The notes under the pieces are model-generated. The model saw only the letters and a program-made list of their open reading frames with translations. It had not been told where the DNA came from and made no database searches. Shown here one piece after another: positions 55,255 through 64,000 of a stretch of 64,000 nt of DNA. The DNA comes from Minicystis rosea (lineage in GTDB: Bacteria > Myxococcota_A > Polyangia > Polyangiales > Polyangiaceae), in contig CP016211.1 of the NCBI GenBank assembly GCA_001931535.1, positions 4,311,573-4,375,572 on the forward strand, written 5' to 3'. How positions within the stretch are numbered: the stretch's first letter is position 1; every line of letters starts with the position of its first letter. A program made the translations under genes and the position numbers.

Positions 55255-56310
55255 ATGCCGCGCATCCTCGTCGCCTACGACATCCGAGCCGCTGCCGTCG
55301 TGGCCCGCCACGATCCCGCGCATCCCATGGTCTCGAGGCTCGCGGAGCTCGAGGCGCTCTCGACCGATGCCCACGACGTCGTGCGCGCGCTCTCCGCGCT
55401 CGGTCACGAGGCCGCGCTGCTCCCCATCGGTCGCGACGGAGAGGCGTTCGCGCGCATCGATCGCGAGCGTCCCGATCTCGTGCTCGATCTCTGCGACACG
55501 CTCGGAGGGCGCGGGGAGCTCGCCTGCGCGCTGCCTGCCTTCTGCGATTTCCTGGGCGTGCCCGTCGCCGGTGCGACCGGCGCCGGCAAGGCGCTCGGGC
55601 GGCGCAAGCACGACGTGAAGGCTGCGCTTTGTCGCGCGGGCGTGCCCACGCCGCGCTACCAAGTCATCGACGCGGAGGCGCGGCTCGAGAGCTTCACGCT
55701 CGATCTCGAGCCGCCGGTGATCGTGAAGCCCACCGGCGAGCACGCGTCGGTGGGCATCGGCCCCGCCTCGGTCGCCTGGGATCGAGACGCCGCCACCGCT
55801 CGCGCCCGGTGGTTGTTCGAGCACGGCATGGGCCCGGTGCTGGTCGAAGAGTACGTCGAAGGCGTCGAGCGCGAGCTCCTCCTCGCCGGCGATCCACCGC
55901 GCGTCTTCACGCCCATCGACGCCCCGCTCGCCGTCGTCCCCGCGGGCTACCCGCGCATCCGCACCTTCGACATCAAGTGGTTCAGCGATCCCGCCTTCAG
56001 CGGCGAGCTCCCACCGAAGGACCCGCGCTTTCTCGGTCCCCTCCCCGTCCGCGCGCCCGCCGTGCCCGCGCTCGCCGACGATCTCCCCACCATCGCGCGG
56101 GCCGCGTTCCACGCCGCGGGCTGCCGCGATTGGGGTCGCATCGACTTCCGTGTCGACGCGGGCGGCATTCCGCTCGTCATCGACGTCACCCCGAACGCGT
56201 ACCTCTCGACGACCTCGTCCGCGGCGGACTCCGCCGCCGAGGCCGGGGTCGGCTACGCCGAGCTGCTCACGATCATCCTGGAGGGCGCGCTCGCGCGCCG
56301 GAGCGCATGA
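55255..56310 (+). CDS. ATP-grasp enzyme of the D-alanine-D-alanine ligase family
   Basis: MPRILVAYD N-domain, ATP-grasp core (VIVKPTGEHASVGI, LVEEYVEGVERELL). Start at the ATG at 55255; stop overlaps the next gene (ATGA). Confidence 0.7.
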   Translation: MPRILVAYDIRAAAVVARHDPAHPMVSRLAELEALSTDAHDVVRALSALGHEAALLPIGRDGEAFARIDRERPDLVLDLCDTLGGRGELACALPAFCDFLGVPVAGATGAGKALGRRKHDVKAALCRAGVPTPRYQVIDAEARLESFTLDLEPPVIVKPTGEHASVGIGPASVAWDRDAATARARWLFEHGMGPVLVEEYVEGVERELLLAGDPPRVFTPIDAPLAVVPAGYPRIRTFDIKWFSDPAFSGELPPKDPRFLGPLPVRAPAVPALADDLPTIARAAFHAAGCRDWGRIDFRVDAGGIPLVIDVTPNAYLSTTSSAADSAAEAGVGYAELLTIILEGALARRSA

Positions 56311-57557
56311 CCGACATCTTCGATCGCCTCATCGAGCGCGTCCTCGAGCCCAAGAACCGCGAGGTCCGCGACCTCGTCGCGCGCGGCGGTCTCTACGACA
56401 ACGTCACGACCGGCATCCGCGGAAGGAAGGTCGAAATCGGCGGCCGCTGGTTCCTCGATTTCGCCTCGTGCAACTACTTGGGCCTCGACCTCGATCCGCG
56501 CATCATCGCCGCCGTCGAGCCCGAGCTCCGCCGCTGGGGCACGCACCCGAGCTGGGCGCGCCTCTGTTGCAGCCCCGATCTCTACGAAGCGCTGGAGCGC
56601 CGCCTCGCCGATCTCGTCGGCACCGAGGACGCGCTCGTGCTGCCCACCATCAGCCTCATCGCGGTGGGCCTCATCCCCGCGGTCACGTGCAAGGGTGCTC
56701 TCATCGCGGCCGACAAGTTCGTGCACAAGGTCAACCACGACGGCTGCCGCCTCGCCCGCGACATGAACGGCGCCGTGCTCGCGAGCTTCCGCCACGACGA
56801 TCCCGCGAGCCTCGACGCCCTCCTCGATGCCCATCGCGATGCCCCGATGCGCCTCGTGGTGATCGACGGCGTCCTCTCCGTCACGGGCCGCGTGCCCAAC
56901 CTCCGCGCCATCGTCGACGTCTGTCGCAAGCACGACGCGCTCGTCTACATCGACGACGCCCACGGGTTCGGCGTGCTCGGCGAAGGGCCGACGCCGGAGC
57001 GCCCCTTCGGCCGCCGCGGCAACGGCGTCATCCGTCACCTCGATCTCGGCTACGACAACGTGCTCTACGTGTCCGGCCTCTCCAAGGCGTACTCGTCGCT
57101 CGCCGCCTTCATCGCCTGCCCGCGCAAGCTGAAGACGTTCCTCAAGTGCACGGTCACGTCGTACGCCGTCTCCGGCCCCGTGCCGACCGCGGCGCTCGCC
57201 ACCGCGCTCGCCGGCCTCGCGCTCAACGACGTCGAAGGCGACACGTGGCGCGACACGCTGCACGCGTACACGACCGCGATCCTCGAAGGCTACCGCGCGC
57301 TCGGGATCCCGACCGACAACGACAACGGCTTCCCGATCGTCTCGGCGTACGTGGGATCGGCGGAGCGCGTGCGGCGCGGCGGCGAGCTGCTCTGCGAGGC
57401 CGGCATCAACGTGACGCTCCAGGGCTATCCGCTCGTGCCGCGCGACAAGGGCGTGCTCCGCGCCACGCCCACCGCGGCCAACACCTGGGACGAGGTCCAC
57501 ACGCTCATCCGCGTGATGGGCGACGTCCACGCGCGCCTCGCTGCCGAGGGCGTGTGA
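56307..57557 (+). CDS. alpha-oxoamine synthase family PLP enzyme (BioF / serine palmitoyltransferase / CqsA-like)
   Basis: Fold-type I PLP enzyme with DDAHGFGVLG and the SGLSKAYSS Lys motif characteristic of the 8-amino-7-oxononanoate synthase/SPT family. 416 aa. Confidence 0.85.
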   Translation: MTDIFDRLIERVLEPKNREVRDLVARGGLYDNVTTGIRGRKVEIGGRWFLDFASCNYLGLDLDPRIIAAVEPELRRWGTHPSWARLCCSPDLYEALERRLADLVGTEDALVLPTISLIAVGLIPAVTCKGALIAADKFVHKVNHDGCRLARDMNGAVLASFRHDDPASLDALLDAHRDAPMRLVVIDGVLSVTGRVPNLRAIVDVCRKHDALVYIDDAHGFGVLGEGPTPERPFGRRGNGVIRHLDLGYDNVLYVSGLSKAYSSLAAFIACPRKLKTFLKCTVTSYAVSGPVPTAALATALAGLALNDVEGDTWRDTLHAYTTAILEGYRALGIPTDNDNGFPIVSAYVGSAERVRRGGELLCEAGINVTLQGYPLVPRDKGVLRATPTAANTWDEVHTLIRVMGDVHARLAAEGV

Positions 57558-59218
57558 GCGTCACGCCGCTCGCCGAGCGCTTCGCGATCGTCGGTGCCTC
57601 GTGCTTCGCCGCCGTGGAGGGCGATCGCGATGCGGTGCCGCCCTTCTCGCGCGAGCGCTTTCGCGCGTTGGGTGCGACCGGGCTCTTCCGGCTCGCGATC
57701 GAAGGCCACGGCCTCGCGGGCGCCACCCTCGCGCTCGCCGGCTTCGCCGAGGGCAGCTTCGATCTCGGGCTCGCCACCAGCGCGCTCGCGCAGATGGTCG
57801 CCGTGGTCATCCTCGCGCGCCATGCGTCCGGCCCCGTCGCCGATCGCTGGCTCGCGCGCCTCGCATCCGGCGAGGCCATCGCGACCATCGCCAACGCCGA
57901 GCCGGGCGCCGGCACCAACATCCTCGGCCTGCGCGCCCGCGCCCGCGCGGTACCGGACGGAGGCTTCCTCCTCTCCGCCCGCAAACGCTGCATCACCAAC
58001 GCGCCCGCCGCCGACGTCGCCATCGTCTCGGCGCGCGTAGCCGGTGCCGATCCGCGCCGCGCCATCACCTGCTTCGCCGTCGAGCTGCCCGCGCCGCGCG
58101 TCTACAGCCGGCCGCGTCTCGATCTCGCCGGCCTCACCAGCTCGCCCACGGGCGATCTCCTGCTCTTCCGCGCCGAGGTGCCGCACGCCGCCGCCGTCGG
58201 CGACATCGGCAGCGGCGTCGCTTTGTTCAGAGAGGTCTTCGCCTTGGAGCGGCTCTTTGCCGGCGCGCTCTTCCTGGCCACGCTGCGTCGCTGCCAGCGC
58301 CGCGCGCTCGACATCGCCGAAGCGCGCGACGCCTTCCGCGATCCCATCGGCGTCCACCAGCACGTGCAAGAGCGCGTGCTCCAGATGCGCGTCGCCGCCG
58401 ATCTCCTCGACGGTCATCTTCGTGAGACCGCGCGCCGCATGGACGCCGGAGAGGACGTCGGCCCCGCGCTCGCGGCCATCAAGATCCACGGCCTCGACGC
58501 CGCCCACGACGCGCTCACCGGCCTCCGCCGCCTGCTCGGGGCGCGCGGCCTCTCACGCGCCGACTGGACTGCGCGCGTCTCCGAGGACCTCGCCGTGCTC
58601 GCGGTCTTCGGCGGCACCGTCGAGCTCCACAAGCGCGCGCTCTACGCCGATCTCGTGCGCGAGCGCGAGGCCCGCGTCGACATCACGATCGCGGCTCCTC
58701 CGCCCGCGGGCAGCGCGCTCGAGCGCGATCTCGTCGCCCTCGTCGCGCGCGCCATGCCCGCCTTCGATCACCTGCACGGGCGCTACACGTACGACGCGCC
58801 CGCGACGCATCTCGCGCTGGCCCATGCGGGCGCGAAGCTCGCCGGCTTCCGCGCGATGTTCTCCCGCGAGGTTCGTGTCGGCGACGCGCGCGTGCGTGCG
58901 CTCGGGATGGGCATCGCCGTGGACCCCGCGTTTCAGCGGCGCGGGCTCGGGCGTCGCCTCACCGCCGCCGCGCTCGCCTGGGCCCGCGCGAGCGGGCACC
59001 GCCTCGGCATCGCCTTCCTCGCCACCACGAATGCCGAGCCCCTCCTGCGCGAGAACGGCTTCCGCCCGCTTCGGGCCCGCGTCACGTACCACGACGCCCA
59101 AGGCAACCGCCGCGAGGAAGAAGAAGCGCCCTGCTGGGTCGCCGCGCTCGACGGGAGCGCGGTGGTCTTGGAGATCGAAGCCCACGGCGAGCTCGATCTC
59201 GGCGACCGCACGTTCTGA
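57554..59218 (+). CDS. fusion of an acyl-CoA dehydrogenase-like domain and a C-terminal GNAT acetyltransferase domain
   Basis: GTG overlapping the previous stop (GTGA). N-terminal roughly 380 aa shows the ACAD-like fold pattern (ANAEPGAGTNILGL..., C-terminal helical bundle). The C-terminus has the GNAT motif (VDPAFQRRGLGRRLTAAAL). Confidence 0.65.
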   Translation: MSVTPLAERFAIVGASCFAAVEGDRDAVPPFSRERFRALGATGLFRLAIEGHGLAGATLALAGFAEGSFDLGLATSALAQMVAVVILARHASGPVADRWLARLASGEAIATIANAEPGAGTNILGLRARARAVPDGGFLLSARKRCITNAPAADVAIVSARVAGADPRRAITCFAVELPAPRVYSRPRLDLAGLTSSPTGDLLLFRAEVPHAAAVGDIGSGVALFREVFALERLFAGALFLATLRRCQRRALDIAEARDAFRDPIGVHQHVQERVLQMRVAADLLDGHLRETARRMDAGEDVGPALAAIKIHGLDAAHDALTGLRRLLGARGLSRADWTARVSEDLAVLAVFGGTVELHKRALYADLVREREARVDITIAAPPPAGSALERDLVALVARAMPAFDHLHGRYTYDAPATHLALAHAGAKLAGFRAMFSREVRVGDARVRALGMGIAVDPAFQRRGLGRRLTAAALAWARASGHRLGIAFLATTNAEPLLRENGFRPLRARVTYHDAQGNRREEEEAPCWVAALDGSAVVLEIEAHGELDLGDRTF

Positions 59219-59248
59219 TCTGGAAAACCTGCGCCGCGCGGGCCTTCG

Positions 59249-60202
59249 TCACCCCTCCGCGGGCTTCATCACGAGGCCCCAGCCCACCGTCGACGGGCGG
59301 CCGGCGCGCTCGAACTTCACCAGGAAGATGCCGCGATCGTCGGCGCTCTGCACCGTCGCGCGCCGCATCTTCCCGCCCGACTCGGCCCAGATGATCGCGC
59401 CGACCTTGAGCTCGAGCCTCACGGGGATGGGCGCGAGCTCGCTCTCGTTCACCACCATCGCCGCACCGCCGAAGCCGAGCGCGAGCCACTTGCGCCCCTC
59501 GCCGTCGCCGAAGCCGGAGATGAGCTGCACGTGCAGCCAATCCTCCCCTTGGTGGAGCGCGGCGTAGTTGCCGGGTTGAAGGCCTTCGGTCTGCTTCACG
59601 AAGCGCGCGGCCTTCGAAGGGCCCGTCGCGGTAGGCTTGCCGGAGCCGCCGAGGAGCAGCACCTCCTGCGAGCGGCCTTCGAGGTCGGTGTAGCGCACGC
59701 CCACGCGATCGCGGATGAACTTGGTGACCACCGCGTGTCGCATCACACCGCCCTGCTCGGTGAGCACCGGATCGCCGGGCTTGAGGCGCGGATCGTCGGG
59801 CACCGCGATGACGTAGCCCGGATGGATGCGGTACGACGGGCTGCCGCGGGACTCGACGACGAGATCATCGCCATCCATCCCGGTCACGGTGCCGGCCTGG
59901 AGGATGAAGGTCGAGCCCGGCTTCGCGCCCTTGAGCATCGCCTCGGGGATGGTGAAGATGCGCCGGTTGGGCTGGAGGTTGTTGCGCATCGGCGGAAGGC
60001 CGAGCGGATTGTGCTGCGAGGACGAGCCCGCCTCGGGCCGCACGCGCGCCGCGGGCGCAGCAGACGGAGGCGACGCATCCGCCGAAGGCGACGACGAAGT
60101 CGTGGAAGCCGAGGCGGACGTCCCCGAGGGCGCGCCGCGGTTGCCGCAGGCGCAGACGGCCGCGAGCGCGAGCGGGAGGAACGCGGGGCGAAGGGCGCGC
60201 AT
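59249..60202 (-). CDS. lipoprotein of unknown function (317 aa)
   Basis: Signal and lipobox (LALAAVCACG), then an S/T/A/P-rich linker and a globular domain. Start at the ATG at 60202. Confidence 0.6.
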   Translation of the reverse strand: MRALRPAFLPLALAAVCACGNRGAPSGTSASASTTSSSPSADASPPSAAPAARVRPEAGSSSQHNPLGLPPMRNNLQPNRRIFTIPEAMLKGAKPGSTFILQAGTVTGMDGDDLVVESRGSPSYRIHPGYVIAVPDDPRLKPGDPVLTEQGGVMRHAVVTKFIRDRVGVRYTDLEGRSQEVLLLGGSGKPTATGPSKAARFVKQTEGLQPGNYAALHQGEDWLHVQLISGFGDGEGRKWLALGFGGAAMVVNESELAPIPVRLELKVGAIIWAESGGKMRRATVQSADDRGIFLVKFERAGRPSTVGWGLVMKPAEG

Positions 60203-60245
60203 CGGGCCTACTCTCGCGCGCGCGAGGCCGTAGTACAAGGCGGCG

Positions 60246-60707
60246 ATGAGCGACGACCGGACCTTCACCACCGCCGACCTGAAGAAGGCGACCTCCGTAC
60301 GCTTCGCCGAGACCCGCCTCGTGCGCTTCCAGGACGTGGATGCAGCGGGGATCATCTTCTACCCGCGCGTGCTCGAATACATGAGCGACGTGTACATCGC
60401 GATGGTCATGCAATCCGGCTGGGACCTGCCGAAGGAGCTCGGGCAGAGCTCGGTCGGCACGCCGCTCGTGCACGCCGAGGCGGACTACCTTTCGCCGCTC
60501 CGCTTCGGCGACGACGTGCACGTGGAGATCGTGGGCGTGCGCCTGGGCGCGACGTCGTTCACCGTCGGCTACCGCGTGCGCACGAAGGGCGGCGTGGTCG
60601 CCGCCGTGGGCCAGACGGTGCACGTCTGCTTGGATCGGGCGACGTTCAAGCCGCAGCCCATCCCCGACTCGCTGCGCGAAATCCTCACGGGCGGCGCGCC
60701 GGGTTGA
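60246..60707 (+). CDS. 4HBT/YbgC-family hot-dog acyl-CoA thioesterase (possibly DHNA-CoA thioesterase given the men context)
   Basis: 153 aa. RFQDVDAAGIIFYPRVLEYM and the hot-dog fold pattern. Converges on and overlaps the menE 3' end. Confidence 0.8.
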   Translation: MSDDRTFTTADLKKATSVRFAETRLVRFQDVDAAGIIFYPRVLEYMSDVYIAMVMQSGWDLPKELGQSSVGTPLVHAEADYLSPLRFGDDVHVEIVGVRLGATSFTVGYRVRTKGGVVAAVGQTVHVCLDRATFKPQPIPDSLREILTGGAPG

Positions 60708-62139
60708 ACGGGCGGAGCAGCGCCGCGTAGCGATCGACGACGCGCGTGCGATCGAGCTTGCCCGATCCGGTGAGCGGGAGCGCCGCGACCACGCACGCGA
60801 GGCGCGGGCGCTTGTGCGGCGCGAGGCTCTGCGCCGCGGCCTCCGCGATGTCGTCGAGATCGACAGAGGGCTCCGTCTCCAACGCGGCGGCGACGATCTG
60901 CCCCCAGCGCTCGTCGGGCACGCCGAAGACGAGCGCGCGCCGCACGCCGGCGATGGCTTCGAGGCGCTGCTCGACCTCGACGGGATAGACGTTCTCGCCG
61001 CCCGTGACGATGAGATCGTTCCTGCGCGCATGCACGTGCAGTGCGCCGTCGTCGTCACGCTCGCCGAGATCCCCGGTGTCGAAGAACCCTTCCGCATCGA
61101 CGCGCGCCTCGGGCGCGCAGTCCGGGCCGCGGAAGTATCCATCCATGAGCGTCGGCCCGCGCACTTGGATGCGCCCGACCTCACCGCGCGGCGCTTCCGA
61201 TCCATCGGCGCGCGCGATGCGGATCTCGACGCCCGCGAGCGGCACGCCCGAGCCCGGCGCGGCGCGATGGGGAACCGCCGGCCGCTGCACGGTGACCTGT
61301 GAGCAAGCCTCGGTGAGCCCATACGTCGTGAGCGCAGGCACGCCGCGTCGCGCGCACGCTTCGAGGAGCGACGCCGGCGCCGCCGCACCACCGACGAGGA
61401 CCGCGCGGAGGCGTGCGAGCACGTTGCCATCATCACGCTCCAGCAAAGCCTGCAGCATGGTGGGGACGACGGAGAGCAACGTCGCCCGCTCGCGATCGAT
61501 GGCTGCGAGGATGGCCTCCGGATCGAAGCGCGGCACGAGGATCACCGCGCGCCGCGCGATGAGGCAGCGCGTGAGGATCGAGAGGCCGCCGACGTGACAG
61601 AGCGGCATGCAGCAGAGCCAGCGGTCCGCGTCGATCCATCCGAGGTTCACCGTACTGCCGGCCGCGCTCGCGAGGAACGCGCGCCGCGAAAGGACGGCGC
61701 CCTTGGGCCGGCCGGTCGTGCCGGAGGTGTAGACGATCGCGAGCGGCGCGTCGGCGCGCGGTGCCTCCGTGGTGGGCGAGGCGCTCGGGCTGCGTGTTGC
61801 CGCGAGCCTGCCGAGGTCAGCCTCGCACAGCACCAAAAGCGGCTTCGCATCGGCGAGGATCACCGCGGCCTCCGCCGCCGTGAGGCGCGGGTGGATGGGG
61901 ACGATGGTAGCGCCGAGATCGAGCAGCGCGTGGATGGCCACCACGGTGTCCACGCCGTTCGGCGCCAGCAACGCGACCCGTGATCCGAGAGACACGCCGG
62001 CCTCGCGCAGCGCCGCGCCCATCACGGAAGCCCGCTCCGCGAGCGCCGCGAACGAGAACGTCGCGCCGCCTACGATCAGCGCCGGTCTCCCCGCCACCTC
62101 CGGATCGGCGGCGGCCCGAGCGAGGCTCAGCTCATCCAT
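60685..62139 (-). CDS. menE: o-succinylbenzoate-CoA ligase-like AMP-dependent synthetase
   Basis: AMP-binding motif (IVYTSGTTGRPKGAV), TYGLTEA, and a GSGKLDR C-terminal Lys motif. Start at the ATG at 62139 (MDELSLA...). Confidence 0.8.
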   Translation of the reverse strand: MDELSLARAAADPEVAGRPALIVGGATFSFAALAERASVMGAALREAGVSLGSRVALLAPNGVDTVVAIHALLDLGATIVPIHPRLTAAEAAVILADAKPLLVLCEADLGRLAATRSPSASPTTEAPRADAPLAIVYTSGTTGRPKGAVLSRRAFLASAAGSTVNLGWIDADRWLCCMPLCHVGGLSILTRCLIARRAVILVPRFDPEAILAAIDRERATLLSVVPTMLQALLERDDGNVLARLRAVLVGGAAAPASLLEACARRGVPALTTYGLTEACSQVTVQRPAVPHRAAPGSGVPLAGVEIRIARADGSEAPRGEVGRIQVRGPTLMDGYFRGPDCAPEARVDAEGFFDTGDLGERDDDGALHVHARRNDLIVTGGENVYPVEVEQRLEAIAGVRRALVFGVPDERWGQIVAAALETEPSVDLDDIAEAAAQSLAPHKRPRLACVVAALPLTGSGKLDRTRVVDRYAALLRPFNPARRP

Positions 62140-63217
62140 GCCCTTCGCAGCTCCACGTCGAATGCACGCCGAGGCCCGGCCCGCCGCTCGATCGCACGGC
62201 GAAGCGCTCCGCGAGCTGTGGGATGGCAACGCCCCCGAAGCTCGCCGAGAACACCGCGAGGTCACCATGCGCCGCGAGGCCGCACGCGAGCGGCGCGCGC
62301 GGGAGCGAGAGCGCGAGCTCCGCCGCCGCGGCCAGCGCGAACGGCCCATCGAAGAAGTGCGTCACCACCACGTCGATGCCAGCCTCCTGCGCGCGCACCG
62401 CGAGCGCCCGCGCGCGCACGAGGCCGCCCAGCACCGCGGGCTTGATCACGAACGCCGCGCACCCGCGCGACGACGCGAGCCGATCCACCATCTGCGGGTC
62501 CACGAGCGACTCGTCGGCGGCCCACGGCACCGCGCACGCACCGAGCCGATGCAATGCATCCGCGGCCACCGGCTGCTCCACGAAGCTCGGCGCGATGGGG
62601 GCGAGCGCCAGGAGCCGGCGGCGCGCGTCCTCCTCGGGCCAGGCCGCGTTGGGATCGAGCCGGATTTCGTACGGCAGCGGAAGCCGCGCCCGCACCTCGA
62701 GAAGCGCGTCGAGCTCTCGCGCGAAGCCCTCCTCGTCCGCGGCCTTCAGCTTGATCTTGAGCGCCGAATATCCCTCGGCAGCGAGCGCCGCCGCGCGCTC
62801 GGCAAGCGTCTCCACGGGAGGCGCCACGAGCAGCGCGTTCACCGGCACGCGATCGTAGGCGCCCGTCCCCCCGAGGCACGCAGCCACCGACCTTCCGCTG
62901 CGCTGCCCGAGCAGATCGAAGAGCGCCGTCTCCAACGCGAACCGCGCCGACGGCACCGCTTCGAGCGCGCGCCCGAACGGCCGCAGCGCATGAGTCACCG
63001 CCTCGACGAGCACCGCGCTTTCATCGATCGCATCGATGCGCTCATGCGCCTGCGCGAGGACGCTCGCGCACGCATCCGCATCCTCGCGCGAGAACGGTGG
63101 CAAGGGCGCGGCCTCGCCATGACCGATGTGCCCATCGTCGTCGACGAGGTCGAGAAGAATGCTGGGTCTCGGCCGCGAACCGCGTTGGATGCGAGAGGCG
63201 ACGAGACGCATCGCCAT
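62132..63217 (-). CDS. menC: o-succinylbenzoate synthase (enolase superfamily)
   Basis: KIKLK motif and enolase-superfamily metal ligands (...IRLDPNAAW..., ...DESL...). 361 aa from the ATG at 63217; overlaps the menE start by 8 nt. Confidence 0.8.
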   Translation of the reverse strand: MAMRLVASRIQRGSRPRPSILLDLVDDDGHIGHGEAAPLPPFSREDADACASVLAQAHERIDAIDESAVLVEAVTHALRPFGRALEAVPSARFALETALFDLLGQRSGRSVAACLGGTGAYDRVPVNALLVAPPVETLAERAAALAAEGYSALKIKLKAADEEGFARELDALLEVRARLPLPYEIRLDPNAAWPEEDARRRLLALAPIAPSFVEQPVAADALHRLGACAVPWAADESLVDPQMVDRLASSRGCAAFVIKPAVLGGLVRARALAVRAQEAGIDVVVTHFFDGPFALAAAAELALSLPRAPLACGLAAHGDLAVFSASFGGVAIPQLAERFAVRSSGGPGLGVHSTWSCEGHG

Positions 63218-63222
63218 CACCG

Positions 63223-64000
63223 CTACCGCGCCACCAGGCCGAGCGAGAAGAGCACGCCGTAGAGCAGGAGCAGCTTCGCCGTCGACACCAGGCAGTCGTT
63301 GAGCGGCCGCCCTTCCGTCGAGGCCAGCGTTCGCACGAGCCGCGCCGCCCGCGGCACCGTCACGATGGGCAGGAGCACCCATCGTCGCTGCCCGAGCGCG
63401 AGCACCGCGACGATGGGCGCCGCGTACGCGATCACGAAGAGCGTCGCATACTCGATCACGCCCGCCTGCCGCCCGAAGCGCACCGCGAGCGTGCGCTTGC
63501 CTGCCTTCACGTCGGTCTCCCGATCGCGGACGTTGTTGACCACGAGCACCGCGGTCGCGATCGCGCCCACCGGCACCGACGCGAGCCACGCCAGCGGCGG
63601 CACCGTCCCCGTCTGCACGAACACCGTCCCGCACACGGCCACGAACCCGAAGAAGATCATCACGAAGAGATCCCCGAGCCCGTGATACCCGAGCGGATAC
63701 GGCCCGCCCGTGTACGCGACCGCCGAGAGCACCGACGCGATGCCGATGGCGACGATCGGCCACCCGCCCACGAACGCGAGGTACACGCCGCTGAGCACGG
63801 CGAGCGCGATCGTCACCATCAACCCGGCGCGCACCTGTTTCGCCGTGAGCAGCCCCGCCTGCACCGCGCGCGTCGGCCCGAGCCGCTCGCTCGTGTCGGC
63901 GCCCTTCTCGTGATCGAAGACGTCGTTGGCGAAGTTCGACGTGATCTGGAGCATGAACGCGCCGAACAACGCCGCGAGCGCCGGCCCGGGACGCACGCCG
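63223..64000 (-). CDS. menA: 1,4-dihydroxy-2-naphthoate prenyltransferase (UbiA family), C-terminal about 258 codons; N-terminus lies beyond the window end
   Basis: UbiA-family Asp-rich motif [11 protein letters not shown] and multiple TM helices. The ORF runs to the window edge. Confidence 0.8.
   Translation of the reverse strand, partial: GVRPGPALAALFGAFMLQITSNFANDVFDHEKGADTSERLGPTRAVQAGLLTAKQVRAGLMVTIALAVLSGVYLAFVGGWPIVAIGIASVLSAVAYTGGPYPLGYHGLGDLFVMIFFGFVAVCGTVFVQTGTVPPLAWLASVPVGAIATAVLVVNNVRDRETDVKAGKRTLAVRFGRQAGVIEYATLFVIAYAAPIVAVLALGQRRWVLLPIVTVPRAARLVRTLASTEGRPLNDCLVSTAKLLLLYGVLFSLGLVAR

Overview
High-GC (about 70%) chromosomal window that looks myxobacterial (Sorangium/Polyangiaceae-like). 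The evidence for that is several Hanks-type Ser/Thr kinases, ECF sigma/anti-sigma pairs, a sigma-54 activator and many lipoproteins; this taxonomic call is inference from gene content only. I call about 48 coding genes. They include housekeeping metabolism (NDH-2, an aminotransferase, a urease cluster ureD-ureAB-ureC-ureF-ureG, menaquinone genes menA/menC/menE, PlsC) and a dense signalling block (a roughly 1900-aa STK-AAA-TPR-GAF-histidine kinase, a proline-rich STK, a receptor-type STK with an extracellular FG-GAP domain, and a GAF sigma-54 activator). There are also several unusual loci. (1) A gene encoding a macro-like domain fused to a SIR2_2 (defence-type NADase-like) domain, at 46732-48342. 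(2) Directly upstream of it, a 42-bp minisatellite and a perfect 737-bp tandem duplication that copies the 5' end of ureD. (3) A lower-GC tandem array of four small paralogous Cys-containing lipoprotein genes facing a Cys-rich lipoprotein gene across a promoter region with three palindromic operator-like sites. (4) A translationally coupled ATP-grasp / alpha-oxoamine synthase / ACAD-GNAT cassette. (5) Two genes with apparent single-base frameshifts. Many long ORFs in the supplied track are antisense or off-frame shadows typical of high-GC DNA and are rejected. No tRNA/rRNA gene or CRISPR array was recognised; the 42-bp array was checked for CRISPR character and rejected.
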